Shown one piece after another: positions 41,354 through 55,885 of a stretch of DNA of 64,000 nucleotides (position 1 is the stretch's first letter; each line of letters starts with the position of its first letter). The notes below the pieces were generated by a model. It was not told the origin of the DNA. It was given only the letters and a program-made list of their open reading frames with translations, and searched no databases. The stretch spans positions 124,001 through 188,000 of the forward strand of contig JBBPEB010000013.1 of assembly GCA_039096225.1 (NCBI GenBank). The letters are read 5' to 3'. The DNA comes from Blastocystis sp. Blastoise. Taxonomy: Eukaryota > Protista > Bigyra: Opalinata. Made by a program: the position numbers and the translations under genes.

Positions 41354-44300
41354 TTAATGATTTTGTGTGGTATTTGTAGGATCATCATATTCTTCTGAAT
41401 GAAGCTCTCTTTCTTGAAGACGAGCTTTTCTCATTTTTACTTGAGTTATCTGTTTAATAGCCTATATATATAATTATTAATTGTTTTAATAAATAAAAGA
41501 TATATATAAATAATATTAATATATCTATAATTAATTGTGCTAATAAATAAAAGATATATATAAATAATATTAATATATATATAATTAATTGTCCTAATAA
41601 ATAAAAGATATATATAAATAATATTAATATATATATTATTAATTGTCCTAATAAATAAAAGATATATATAAATAATATTATTAATATATATATATATATA
41701 TACATCCATGTGAATATCCATAAGTATGTCTAATTGATTTTGTGTTAATAAATCTAAGTCAATACCTAATACTTGTCCCACGGTTATATTACTAATCGAT
41801 GCATAGGGTGATGAAAACTCTAATGCTTTCTATATATATATAATAATGATAATAATAATGATAATATAATGAAATACTATAAAAAAAAGAAAATGTCTAG
41901 TATATTAAATTTATATATATATATACATTTAATTCTTCAATCGTATATTGATGTGCATATGAACTATATATATATAAAATATTCAATAATAATTAAAATT
42001 TATTATATATATATACTTATTTGTATTATAATTCCATACAGAATTCGAATTGCCATTAGTATTGATTTGTGATGTATATTGTTGTTCTTTCGAATTCTTT
42101 TCATTCAAATGACTGAAATCACTTTCTATATTCATATCCCAACGATAATTATATTTATCATTTACCCACGGGGATTCATCAAAAAGATATTTATGAGATA
42201 ATGAAGGGTATGTATTTGATATATTATACTCATTAGAATATGTATTATTATTCAAATATCCTTCAGAAGGAAGATAATTATATTGTGATGTATTATTATT
42301 ATATACTGATGATTCATTATATAAGCCATTATATTCTTGAGAATTTAATTGTGTTCCTGTCACAAGAGGTGGCTCCGAGGATTGACCAATAGTAAGATTA
42401 GTGTTCTGAGATTCATTATTTGTGAATGATGACATAGGATACGTCATTGACATATCTGAATAGAGATTGGGTGATTGAAGAGAAGACCAATTAGAATATT
42501 GCATATAAGAGGGATCATTTGAATGAAGAGGAGATTGATTGGTTAATGAATAATACATATCATTACTGGTAGAAGAAGGAATCGACGTAGAGTTCGTCAT
42601 GGATAATGTATTCAGTAATGATGAAGAGAGTGGAGTTGTATTATTATCAATAGTGTTTGTACTATTATCAATAGTGTTTGTACTATTATTAATAGTGTTT
42701 GTATTATTATCAATATTAATAGTATTATTATCAATAGTGTTTGTATTATTATTAATAGTGTTTGTATTATTATCAATATTAATAGTATTATTATCAACAT
42801 TAATTATATTCTCATGATTATCAACAGAATTATTGAGAAGAGTAGAAGAAGGAATAATATTACTTGATATACTATTAACATTCTCTAATGATTTATTATC
42901 TTCTTCGTTATTAGAATTCTTCTCTTCCTTTATATTCTCAGTATCTTTTACAATACTTTTACTATTTATTTTTTTCTCATCGTTATTAGAATTCTTCTCT
43001 TGTGTTTTATTATTCTCTACTTTCTCTTCTATACGGCTTTCTTCTATTTTTGATGGCTTATTTAATACTCTTATTTGTTTAGGAGTATTCAATTTCAGAT
43101 TTGATCTTAAAACAGCTGAATATGAAATAGGATATTGAGGATGAATAAATGGTGGAGTTGTAATGTTTGGTTTCTTCTTAAGATCATTATTCGAAGTATT
43201 CTCAGTTTCTGTATTATTATTATCATTATTATCATTATCATTATTATTCTTATTATCATTATTATTCTTATTATTTTGATTATTTTTGTTGGTATTTGTT
43301 TGTTTCTGTTTTTGTTTTTTAGTTTTTTTCTTATTTGATGTTTTGTTATTTGTTTCAGTAGAAACGCTGTTTGTTCTCTTTTTTTTTTGATTCACAGGAA
43401 GCCATTCACTTCCATCATCATCTTCTTCTAGTAATACTGTTGAAGGTATAAATGGATCTTGTGTATTATTCACTTTCTCTATAGGTTGAACTTCTTTATT
43501 TAGTATTAGTTGAAACTTATGAAGAGGGTGAATTGTCTTCACATATTTATAACAAGAAGAACATAATATATAATGATCACATATCTAAAGATATATAGAG
43601 AAAATTCTAGTCATAAGAAATATATATAATATATATATATATGATAAATATTAATTATTAAATGATTAAGAAATATATAAAATATATATATATATGATAA
43701 ATATTAATTATTAAATGATTAAGAAATATATAAAATATATATATATATTAAATATAAATTATTAAATGATTAAGAAATATATAAAATATATATATATATT
43801 AAATAAAAATTATTAAATGATTAAGAAATATATAAAATATATATATATATATTAAATATAAAAATAGACTATTCTAATAATATAATATATATATAACATT
43901 ATTTTAGAAAAGAATATAGCATACAAGACATTCATATTTTTCATTATTATTCATTATTTCTTTAGATTCATGGCAATTACTACATATTATATTCGTATCT
44001 TCACTCAAAGGTTCCTTCTTATTCTCAACATCTTTTACGGTTTTAACCTTTCGTTGTGTCTTCTTCTTCTTCTTTTTATTCTGATTATTCTCCTGGTTCT
44101 TACGGCTATATATATATATAATTAGTATTTATTGATTTATATATATATTTAAATAAAAAAGATTCTAGTTTATATATATCTATATACGTTCGTTCTTTTT
44201 CTTCTCTTTGTTCATCTTCAAGTAATTGTTTCATACATTCTGTAGCTCGGTCTTCGAGTTCTTTCCATCTTTTTGATAATAAGGATTCAATTTCTTTATT

Positions 44301-45671
44301 ACGATGATGCTGAGATGCCTACAGAAATATAACAATTATTAATATCCTTAGCATCAATAGGTATAACTGATATATACAAATATAGAGTAATCTTAAGTAT
44401 AACAAGTTTATAGCATAATATCAATATATATATATATAGAGTATCAATAGTATTTAATAAATATACTTGAAGTGGTGTAATTCCTGTGATATTTCGAAGT
44501 GTAATATCAGCTCCTGCTTCTAATAGAACTCGAACACATTCTGTATTTCCAACACATGAAGCCATATATATAGCAGTAGTTCCATTCGAATCTTGAGCAT
44601 CCAATAAACATGGTTGTCTATAGAATATATTATTAATCACACATAAATAATATATAATGAAATATATAAATAATATAGAATCAAATAAATAAAATTATAT
44701 ATATCTAAATAAAATTATAAATATTCAAATAAAATGATAAATATTCAAATAAAATGATAAATATTCAAATAAAATGATAAATATTCAAATAAAATTATAA
44801 ATATTCAAATAAAATGATAAATATTCAAATAAACTTATAAATATTCAAATAAACTTATAAATATTCAAATAAACTTATAAATATTCAAATAACTATAAGT
44901 TACTACTACTAAAATAAAAGCATACTTTTCTAAAAGATATTTACATATTTTAGCTCTTTCTTGTTGTTCTTCCATATCAATACGTTTACTTGTTTGAACT
45001 CCAGAAAGAGTCATACAGGCACCCATTAGAGTTGTGGCGTCATTTGAATTTAATACTAATATTTCTGCTCCATGGTCTACTAAATATTCAACGGAATTAA
45101 ATCGACCTTGAAGACATGCCCAAAGAAGAGGAGTATCTATTCATTATAAACATAATTTAATTTAATAAATTATTTATATATAATAAATATTTGATTTATA
45201 GATATTGAACAACTTTATAAAAACAATCATAATAAATTTAAAAAAAAATACCTCCTTGATAATTTGGTGTATCTATTAAGTTCTTATCTTTTTGTAATAT
45301 CAAACTCATAACATCTGGATACCCTCCCTATAAATTAAATAAAATATAAATATAAATAATAATAATCTTAGCAATTAGACTTAAAATACTCTTGAAGCAA
45401 AGAAGAGTGCGTGATTACCCATATTCAGTGTAACCATTCTTGGATTCGCATGGCGCTTTAGTAATTCTTTTACAACGTCAATTTTTCCTTGAGATGCTGA
45501 AATCATCAACGCAGTAAATCCATCAACATCTGTTTGATTCACAGAAGCTCGTTCTTCATCTAATAACTTAATGATTACATCTACTTTTCCTTCAGTTGCA
45601 GCTTTAAAAAAAGTATCTGCATCTTCAAGTGTACCTTTCTCTAAAACAAATTCTGCCTCGAAGGTACTCAT
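41354..45671 (-). CDS. Ankyrin-repeat protein with coiled coil, ZZ-type zinc finger and Asn/Ser-rich region; 9 coding introns plus a probable 5'UTR intron (45672-45717)
   Basis: Ankyrin motifs DGFTALMISA, GDTPLLWAC, NGTTAIYMAS, GITPLQ; ZZ-like CSNC...YECLICDHYILCSSCY...HPLHKF across an intron. Frame closes at TAA 41356-41354. Confidence 0.85.
41465..41685. repeat. Intronic 57-bp minisatellite, about 4 copies
   Basis: TTAATTGTNNTAATAAATAAAAGATATATATAAATAATATTA repeated; 19-aa repeat in the ORF track. Confidence 0.9.
44708..44892. repeat. Intronic 20-bp tandem repeat (ATATTCAAATAAAATGATAA and variants), about 9 copies
   Basis: Directly visible, with variant blocks ATGATAA, ATTATAA, CTTATAA. 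Confidence 0.95.
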
Positions 45672-46157
45672 CTAATTATATAAATAAAAATAATTTCTAT
45701 TTATTAATATAACTTACATTGACAATATTAGAAAAGTTTTATTTTTTTTTATTCTTTTAAATTGGCTATTTTTATTTAATATGTTCTTTTCCGATTAATA
45801 ATCTTCTTAAAAATAATAACGATTTTGGTCTGTTTTATTAAAACTAAAAAGAATGATAATAACAAAAAACAATTCTTGTAATATTGTAGTTTAACAGGTA
45901 TGATATATATATATATCTAGTTAATCATATGAATGAGAAATTATATATATATATAAAACAATGAATAAGAAATAGGAATAAAAAGTAATTATGATTAAAT
46001 GATGAATACTTGGGTAAAACCATTCTAAAAAATAGTGAATCCAAAATAAACAAGAACTAAAACATGTAGAGAATCATTCAAGAATAGACAGTAATACCAA
46101 AAAAAAAAAAGAAGAAAAGTATATATATAAATATAGAATTATATATATAGAAATTCC

Positions 46158-47181
46158 TTAGATATTATCAATATCAAGAACATCTGCAGCACTATCATCA
46201 TCCGAATCATCTCCATCAATTTCAATTTCTAATCCATCTAAACCATCAAGATTCACATTAGCAGCACCATATTCAATATTAGCTATATATATATATATTG
46301 TTTTATAAACATAATCATTAAAACTATTATATATATTGTTTTATAAACATAATCATTAAAATTAATATATATATATTTATTTTTTATAAACATAATCATT
46401 AAAATTAATATATATATATTTATTGTTTTATAAACATAATTATTAAAACGAATATATATATATATTTATTATTTTATAAACATAACTGATAAAACGAATA
46501 TATATAATAATTTAATCTAATATATATATATATAGCATTTTCAGGAAGTTCACCTAAAGCTTTAAGTTGACGAGCTTCATCAGCATTATATCTTAATATG
46601 ACATCAGCCTTATCATCTTGATAATCACGAAGACCTATCAAAACAATATCACCGATACCAACCCATTCCTATAATACAATATATATAGAAACATTGCAAT
46701 ATATATAGAAACATTACAATATATATATATATATTATTATACTATCAATTTTTTATGATAAATATATAGATATATATTAAAATGAAAACAACTATTATCT
46801 TAAAAAAAAACTACTATTCATAAAAGTCAAAAAAAAAAATAAAGAGTATAAAAAAGATTCCTTCTTTCGCATCTTGCCTCTGATCTTACAAAGTCTGGTT
46901 TTGTCATCAAAACAATAGACTTCCACTCTACCGTTACCTAACATTTTAGAAATTTTACCATATTCTATATAAAAAAGAGAATATATCAAGATATTTCATA
47001 ATCAATTAATCTCTAGAATACAATAGATATATCAAATATACCTTGACCATCTTCTTTAAATTCTAATTCTCTTTTGACAGCTTCACCATCATTCTTTCCT
47101 CTTCTTCGGTTCTTACCACCCTTACCTAGACACCATCATATCTTTATAAAACTATATAAATATACCTTTATTCTTAGCCAT
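46158..47181 (-). CDS. EIF1A: Translation initiation factor eIF1A; 4 introns, two with non-canonical donors
   Basis: [17 protein letters not shown]...[14 protein letters not shown]...KMLGNGR...IRGKMRKK|EW...[34 protein letters not shown], acidic tail. Confidence 0.97.
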
Positions 47182-47361
47182 CGTGAGAAATAAAGAAAAA
47201 ATATAATTTGAAAATCAAGGAACATTCTCTTCCAACCGTTTCTAAAAGAAAGAAATAACCGCGATTAAGTCTCATTTTATACAAAAGCTCAAAACTTACT
47301 TTTTTTCTTGATTTTTCATCAATATATATTAAATCCATATTATTGTAAGAAATAATTCAAA
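47182..47361. promoter_or_regulatory. Compact divergent promoter eIF1A/PPAN
   Basis: Head-to-head ATGs with 180 bp between them. Confidence 0.65.
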
Positions 47362-49335
47362 ATGCCTAAGAAGGGATCCAAGAGAGTATGTCTCATGAAG
47401 TTTAGAGTCATATTTATATATATATAGAGAAAGACAAGAACTCATGTTCCTATTGATTATGAAAAAGAAGGGAAGATGCCTAAGAGTATCATTGTAAAGC
47501 GTGGTGCTATAGGCAAGAGTCTTGGTGAACTCGTCATGAATCTCAGAAAAGTTATGCTTCCTTATACTGCTATGAGTTTGAATGAAACCAGGTATTTTTT
47601 CATTTTTAAAGTCTAATTCGTATATATATATATTATATCCTGAATCTCTAGAAATAATACGATCAAAGATTATATTAATTTTGCTGGTCCTCTCGGTGTC
47701 AGTCATATTGCTGTTTTATCCCAAAAAACAAAATATCCTAAGATGAGATTAGGCTGCTATCCTCATGGTCCCACTCTTCATTTCAGAGTATTTATAGACT
47801 ATTGTTATGCTTTTATTATGATAATTTTTTATTATAATTTTATTATTATAATTTTATTATTATAATTTTATTATTATAATTTTATTATTATGTTTTTATT
47901 ATTATGTTTTTATTATGATAATTTTATTATAATGTTTTTATTATGATAATTTTATTATGATAATTTTATTATTATGTTTTTATTATTTTTATAGATTACA
48001 GATTATTCTCTTATGAAAGATATTCTTCATTTACAATCACATCCTCCGGATACAAGTGTATATATATAATTAATATTTTTATTTTAGTTTCTAAAAATGA
48101 TTTATATATATATATTCTTATGTTATCTATAGAAATCATTTCATGTATCTCCCGCGGTTATTTTAAATAATTTCCCCACGAATTCTAAGCCTCATCAATT
48201 AATCGTGACTACCTTTAAGAATATGTTCCCTATTTTAGATCCTCAAAAGATGAAAGTTGATGAATGCAAACGTGTTCTTCTTCTTCATTACGATAATGTA
48301 TATTATATTATTATATCATTTATTATTATGTTATTATATTATTTTTATTATATTATATTATTTTTATTATATTATATTATTATATTTATTATTATATAAA
48401 CACTACCAGTACATTATCCTTTTATTTTCATATATATATATATATATATAGGCAAGTGATAGTGTTATTTTACGTCATTTTATTGTCCGACAAACTATTG
48501 TCGGTATTTCCAAGGGAATTAATAACTTATTAAAGAAAGAAATCCCTAATCTTGGTAATCTTAATGATGTTAGTGAGTATATTATTATTATTATTATTAT
48601 ATAAATATTATATAAATATTATATAAATATAATACTTACTTCTGTTTCTATAGGTTTATCCTTCAGAATGATGGTGTAATACGTCAATATGAGACTGATA
48701 TGGGTGGAGACAGTGATAGTATAGCTGACGATATGAGTGTGTCTTCTCATACACCAGAACAAGTCAAATCTGCTGTTCGTTTAATAGAAATTGGACCTCG
48801 TATTACGATGAAAATGATTAAAGTTGAAAAAGAATTATTTGATGGAGCTACGGTTTATAGTACAGAAACTCAAGAAGAGAAGAAAGATATTATTAAACAA
48901 TCTATAGAAGCGAAGAAAACAAAGGAAATAGAACAAGAATTAATTCAAGAAGAAGCAGAACAGATGCGTCAAGAAGAAAAAGAAAAGAAAGAGAAAAAAG
49001 AAAGAGATGAAGAAAGAGGTATTGTAGATTTCTCTAAAGAAGATTCCAAGAAACAATTCTATGGAAAGAAAGGTAAGGGTGAAGAAAAGAACTCGAATTT
49101 TGAAGGACGTAATGGACGTGATAAGAAATTTGGTAATAAATTTGATAATAAATTTGGTAATAAATTTGATAATAAACGTAATAATAAATTTGATAATAAA
49201 TTTGATAATAAATTTGATAATAAGCGTGATCATAAACCATTTACCTCTCATAAAACAGGAGGAAGAAAAGGAGCCCCTATTCGTAGAACTTCTTCGAAAC
49301 CAATGAAACCCGCTTCTAGACATAATCCTAGAAAG

Positions 49336-49338
<3 letters not shown>
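47362..49338 (+). CDS. PPAN: Peter Pan/Ssf1 Brix-domain ribosome biogenesis factor; 6 introns
   Basis: RRKTRTH, PKSIIVKRG, LRKVMLPYTA, PHGPTLHFR, TFKNMFP, KSAVRLIEIGPRITM. Confidence 0.93.
49126..49223 (+). repeat. 12-bp coding repeat giving (NKFD/NKFG)n in the PPAN tail
   Basis: AATAAATTTGAT/GGT units; KFGNKFDNKFGNKFDNKRNNKFDNKFDNKFDNK. Confidence 0.92.
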
Positions 49339-49377
<39 letters not shown>

Positions 49378-49959
49378 TTTATTAGAAAACTATTTTTAAG
49401 TTAACTAATCATATTTATAATCTATATTCGTTTATTATTCATGATCTATTTACTATTTTTTTTATAGTTTTTATTTGTGTGTTTTTGTCTATAACTTATT
49501 TGTAACTATTTGTTTTTTTTTTTTATGTTATCATTTTATAAATATAACTATAAGTCAATTACTTAATTTTTGTAAGCAACTTCTTCTAATATAAACAGTA
49601 TTCTTTTAAATAATCATTCCTCAGAGAATAATGAAATTCTTTGTTATTATAATTCAATTAATCCTATAAGAACTCCTTTTTATCATATTATTATTTATAT
49701 CAATATAAATATATACATTATGACTTATAAAGTTGTTCTTTTATTTATAATAATAAAAAATAAACAAAATAAATGATAGCGATATGAAAACCCAAATAAG
49801 AATAAGAAAATAAGAATATATATATATAACATAGCAAAGATATGTAGCATTAAAGTGATAATATTGAAAACAGTAAAATGTATATATATTTTATATTAAA
49901 TATTAATATAAAAAGAAAAGTTATAGAAAAAAAAGAAAAGATATACATATATATATCCG

Positions 49960-52855
49960 TTAGTTTTCTTCAAATAATTCATCACATAATCCGCTATATT
50001 TCAAAACATCTTCAAACATATCAGCATAATAAAATGTGATTCCTTCTTTATTATAATCAGGTAATTCCTATTTATATATAATAATAAATAAAAAAGCTAG
50101 AAGAAAAGTTGTTTATGATAAATAGATATAATAATAAAAATATTAATAAATATATTCTATATATACATTAATATCTTTATCATTTTCTCGTGGAACAATA
50201 ATAGTATGAACCCCCGCTCGTTTTGCCGCCATGACTTTTTCTTTAATACCGCCAACGGGTAATACTTTTCCATTTAATGAGATTTCTCCGGTCATTGCTA
50301 AATCTTGCTTCATAGGTCTATTATACATATAGAGTTATATATATAAACATATATAATCATAATATTTTTAAAATAATAATATTTAAGAAAATATACTATG
50401 ACAAACAAATATTACCACATAATATGTAGAAAAGAAAAAATATCAAATACTAATAATATATATATAAATATATAACATATAATATAAACATATAAACATA
50501 CATACATAAAAATAAATAAATAAATATATATACCTATTCAGTGCTTTAGATAAGAAAGCGCACGTGATCGTACAACCAGCAGAGGGACCATCTTTGGGGG
50601 TAGCTCCCTCAGGAAAATGTAAATAAATATCATTCTTCTCTAGTATATCAAATATATCATCTCTCGAAGGAATACTAGAAGGTAATTTATGATATAATTG
50701 ATTATATGTATGTTTATAGGTATCTATCATAGTATTATAAAGACGATCGCTATGTTTTAATATCTGCATCCACTGACGCGCATTCACATAAGCCAATTGT
50801 GTACTCTCCTGCATAACAGATCCTAACTGACCTGTAACAGACAAATGGCCCGTATATTTGTGCTTCATATCTATATATATAATAGTATATAATAGTATAT
50901 AATATAACATAATATAATAGTATATAATAGTATATAATAGTATATAATAGTATATACTAGTATATAATAGTATATAATAGTATATAATAGTATATAATAT
51001 AATAGTATATAATAGTATATAATATATTCATATAAACCATAGAATAAATAAAAATGATCCAAACTTAAAATAACTAATATATATATATATCTATATACCT
51101 TTTTCAACATTATTATCTTTCTTATCTTCATCTTTTGTTATATTAAATTTAGAACTCTTTATTCCCGTGGGAATTGCTAAATCTAGATTTTCCCATTTCT
51201 TACTATATACATCTAATGGATGTTTATATATAGTATTACATTCTAAATATAACGTCGATCCCCCCATTGATGTCCAGGCTAACCCCATTACTACACCTAT
51301 ATATATATATAGTAAAGAAATTATTAGTGTAATAATAAATAAATAAATAAATTAATTAATTAATTAATTAGAAAATAACAAATTTAATTAATTAATAAAT
51401 AATAATAATAATAATAATAAATACCTGGTGGTGTTGTGCTATACATTCGTTCACTTATAAAGACCTTCTTCCCAATATACTTCTCTAACTGACTACTGTC
51501 TATAGTCCAATCCTTACTTAATACACTTTCACCATTCTCAGCTATATTCAACGCTATACGACGATATATCTTCTCTATCTGCTTTTCTAAATTACGAACA
51601 CCTGCTTCACGACAATAATTTCGAATAAGTGTCTGAAATGCATCGTCAGTTATTTTCAGACTGGATGGACAATATTTATTATCCGTAGTCAAACCAGTAG
51701 CTATTCTTGCTTTCTTATCTAAATAATTTTCAGCAATATTCAGTTTCTCTACTTGATCATATCCATGAATCTCAATAACTTCCATACGGTCTCTTAAAGC
51801 GTCTGGAATTGTCTGAATATCGTTAGCCGTACAGATAAAGAGAGTCTTCGACAAATCTACAGGTACATCCAAATAATGATCCATAAACTGATTATTTTGC
51901 GCGGGATCCAATGCCTCCAAAAGAGCAGACGCAGGATCTCCCTATAATAATATGTATAATAATAAGTGTAATAATAAGTATAATAATAATAAAACATAAT
52001 AATAAGTATATAATAATATGTATAATAATAATATAATAATATGTATAATAATAATAAAACATAATAAAACATAATAATAAAACATAATAATATAACACAA
52101 TAATATAACATAATAATAAAAAATAATAATAATTAAATATATACATTATAACCTGATTTTAGTTTATCAATTTCATCAATTAATATCAATGGATTTCCTT
52201 TCTTAACGGATTTCAGTGCTTCTACGATCTTCCCTGGCATGCTCCCCACGTAGGTCTTTCGATGTCCTTTTATTTGACTGATATCACTTAAACCACCCAC
52301 AGAAAACTGATAATACTCTCTATCTAAAGCACGTGCTATAGACTTCGCTATAGAAGTCTTCCCTACACCGGGAGGTCCCACAAAACATAATACTTTACCC
52401 GATACTTTATTTTGTAATTTTCCCACGGAAATAAACTCTAAAATACGATCTTTAACATCCTATAGAGAAATAATATTATATATAGATGTATATTAATTAT
52501 AAATTTATATGAATATATATGTAATATATTATATAGAATTCATTGAATAATAACAATAAGATTTGAATTATTATGAATAATTCTATTACAACTTATATAC
52601 TTTTAATCCATAATGATCTTCATTAAGTATATCTCTAGCTAATTTCAAATCTAATTGATCTTTACTATATATACCCCAAGGTATGGAGATAATCCAGTCT
52701 AAATAAGTTCGAACTGAAGAATATTCAGCATTCCTTTCATCCATATATTTCAAATGATTAATCTCTTCTTGAATCTTCTATATATATATATAAATTAATA
52801 GTAAAATATAATTTTTTGGTACACAATTTATTAAATATAATTTATTAAAAATAAA

Positions 52856-52886
<31 letters not shown>

Positions 52887-53112
52887 CAGTAATAACAAGT
52901 GGATTAACATATCGTTTCTGTAATTCTTCCATACGTTTTGTATATTGAATAATAACCATTCCTTTCTCATCTTTATCTACTCCTAGTTCTTTCTTTATAT
53001 AGGCCATCTCTTGTTCTAATATTGTTCGTTTCTGAGTATCTGAAAAGGACTTACCAATCTGAAATATAAAATATATATACATATTATATATTATTATAAA
53101 TAGTACTATTCA

Positions 53113-53143
<31 letters not shown>

Positions 53144-54815
53144 TCCATCCATTTTCCTTCTAAAATCAGCGAGATATCCGTGTTCCTGAAGCATTGTAAT
53201 ACATTGATCTAATTGGTCAGAAAGCATGCGCTGTTCTAAAATCTATATATATATATATATATATAATTAATATAATATAAATATATAATTAATATAATAT
53301 AAATATATAAATGACTAAAAACTATACATATATATACTTTTTGTTTTTTGTTTCCATATCCTTGAGTTGCTAACATAGATAAAGTAACAAGATTTTCTGG
53401 TTTATTGATATCGAATTCCTTTTCGAATTCGGAGAAGAAAGCATTTAATTGCATATTAAATTGAGATCGTTTGTCGACAAATGATTTTATTTGTGATTTA
53501 ACTGTATTTATTAATACACTGTCCATATCATTAATACCCAAATATACTGGATTTACCTATAATATATAAAGTATAATATATATAGTGTATTATATAGAGT
53601 ATATTATATATAGTATAATATATATAGTGTTTATATATAGTGTTTATATATAGTGTATTATATACAGTGTATTATATATAGTATATTATATATAGTGTAA
53701 TATATAATGAAAAAGAATAAAAAAATAATAATAAAGAAATTAAAAAAAAAAGATAACAAGCATAATAATAAAACCATACGAGTCCCGCGGTATTTGGTTC
53801 ATAATGAACCATATAATCTAATCGTACTTGTTGTTGACCAATTATATTTAAAAATAAAGAGTCATTCTCTGGTTTAATATCAATAATCTTTGCAATACTA
53901 TATATATATAATATTAAAAAGCAATTATAATACATAAATGAAATTATTATTTTATAATATACTAAATATATACTATATTATAAAGCAATTAAAACAAAAT
54001 TAAATAATAATAATGAATAAAATATATACTATATTATAAAGCAATTAAATCAAAATAAATAATAATAATAAATAAAATATATACAATCCAAGAGGGTATA
54101 CTTCTTTAGTATTATTAATAATATCTAATGTACAATCGTTATAAGAACTATCATCACAAGTCTTATTAAGAAATACACCAATAGTATCAATATTTTCTTT
54201 CTGTAAATTCAGTATTTGTTGTTTAACTCGAGGATCAGTAATATTAAAGGAAGTAGCTATATCTACAATCAAAGGAGACTTGGTTATAGATACAATAGGC
54301 ATAATACGACTATCGGTAATCATGGGAATCACTTTCTTAGATACTTTTTCATCATTATTCGGTTTATTCTCATTTTCAACACTCTTCAATAAATTAGATG
54401 AAACAGGAACAATTCCTTTCTTTTCAGAAGATAATGCATTCAGAAAATCTTGTGTTTCTTCAAGTTCTTTATCAATTTTTTCTTTTGTTTTTGGAGAGTC
54501 AGCAAAATATGTATTAAGAGCATTAAGAACATCTTTCTTATCGATTAAACCATTCTTTAAATCTATTTCAATCGCACGTTTCTCTTTATCTATTGTCATT
54601 TTACTATTTTGAGTTATTATTTCTTTAGGTTTTTTATCCTTTTGATCTTTTGAATCTTCTTTTATTTTATCTTCAGGCTTTTTATCATTCTTAGGCTTTC
54701 TGGACCACCATGATAGTTGTCTGAAGCCTTGATTATTCTTCAAACAAGTTGTACTTCTTACTATCGACGATTCTGATAAGTGAAGAGCAGTTTTAGCAGC
54801 AAATATCAAACTCAT
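49960..54815 (-). CDS. LONP1: Mitochondrial-type Lon protease; 11 introns
   Basis: Presequence-like N-terminus; [15 protein letters not shown], Walker [10 protein letters not shown], Walker [23 protein letters not shown] (catalytic Ser), [20 protein letters not shown] (catalytic Lys). Confidence 0.95.
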
Positions 54816-54970
54816 CTTCACAATATTTTCTATAGAATGATGAAGAAAATATTTTTAGAAGTTTGAAAGAATTCTGATTATTTTCACCAAATTACTACAA
54901 AAACAACATTTTCATCAAATTTCATAATTCAGTTTTCTATAGCTTTTTCTATATATTATATAAATTGAAT
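54816..54970. promoter_or_regulatory. Compact divergent promoter Lon/SEM1
   Basis: Head-to-head ATGs with 155 bp between them. Confidence 0.65.
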
Positions 54971-55192
54971 ATGCAAAATAATAATCAAAATCCTAATAAG
55001 AGAGTATTCACTCTTGATCGTGCTGAGGAAGATGACGAATTCGAAGATTTTGAGGATATGGATTATGCCAAATCAAATAATTTCAAAGCTGATCCTATCC
55101 AATGGGAAGATAATTGGGATGATGAACAAGTTAATGATGATTTCTGCCAACAACTCCGTAAAGAAGTAGAATTATTCAAATCACAACAATAA
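54971..55192 (+). CDS. SEM1: SEM1/DSS1 proteasome lid and TREX-2 acidic protein; intronless
   Basis: EEDDEFEDF...WEDNWDDEQVNDDFCQQLRKEV signature; ATG at 54971. Confidence 0.95.
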   Translation: MQNNNQNPNKRVFTLDRAEEDDEFEDFEDMDYAKSNNFKADPIQWEDNWDDEQVNDDFCQQLRKEVELFKSQQ

Positions 55193-55885
55193 ATCATTTG
55201 CAAGTCTTCAACCAAAAAAATTATTCCATTATACATATATATATTTCTAATTGACAATCAATTATTCGTTTTGTAATAGTATTGTTTCGTTTATTATATT
55301 TTGAGTATGTAAAACTATATATAATAATTGTTGATCATTCTAGCTCATTAATAGTATTTATTATCTAAAAGAAATGGGTCTGATTAAATCATTTATCAAG
55401 CATCACTGAGTTTATATAAATTTATATGTCACTGATAGCAGTAATGTCTTCATATATTTATAATAAAAAAAATTAAACAAATATATAAAAACGGACATAA
55501 AATAGTGAATGGAAGAGCATTTACAATAAAAAGATATACATATATAAATTAATTAATTAATTAATATATAGAAGAAATAATGAAAAAGATAGAAAAATAA
55601 ATTAAAAATATAAAGAAAAACAATAAAATAATATATATAATAGAAAAACAAAAAAAAACATAATAATAAAAGATATAGATAAAGAATGAATAATAGTTAT
55701 AACAAGAGAATGATATCAAATAATTGAAAAAAAAAAATAATATTCTAAGATTCAACATAATCACATAGAATCAATACAAAAAAAAAACATTAAAAACATA
55801 GTTTTAAAAGAAAAATTAAGATTAATAAAAATAAAATAATGTACAAACAAATATAAGCAAAAAAATAAAATGAATAAAAATATAT

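Noticed and set aside
44708-44892. Regular arrays as CRISPR or telomeric repeats (also 30792-30941)
   Set aside because: No unique spacers, eukaryotic intronic location, and units differ between loci.
46283-46535. Introner/MITE family origin of the introns
   Set aside because: Intron interiors share no sequence beyond TA tracts and no transposase is present, so a mobile family is unsupported in this window.
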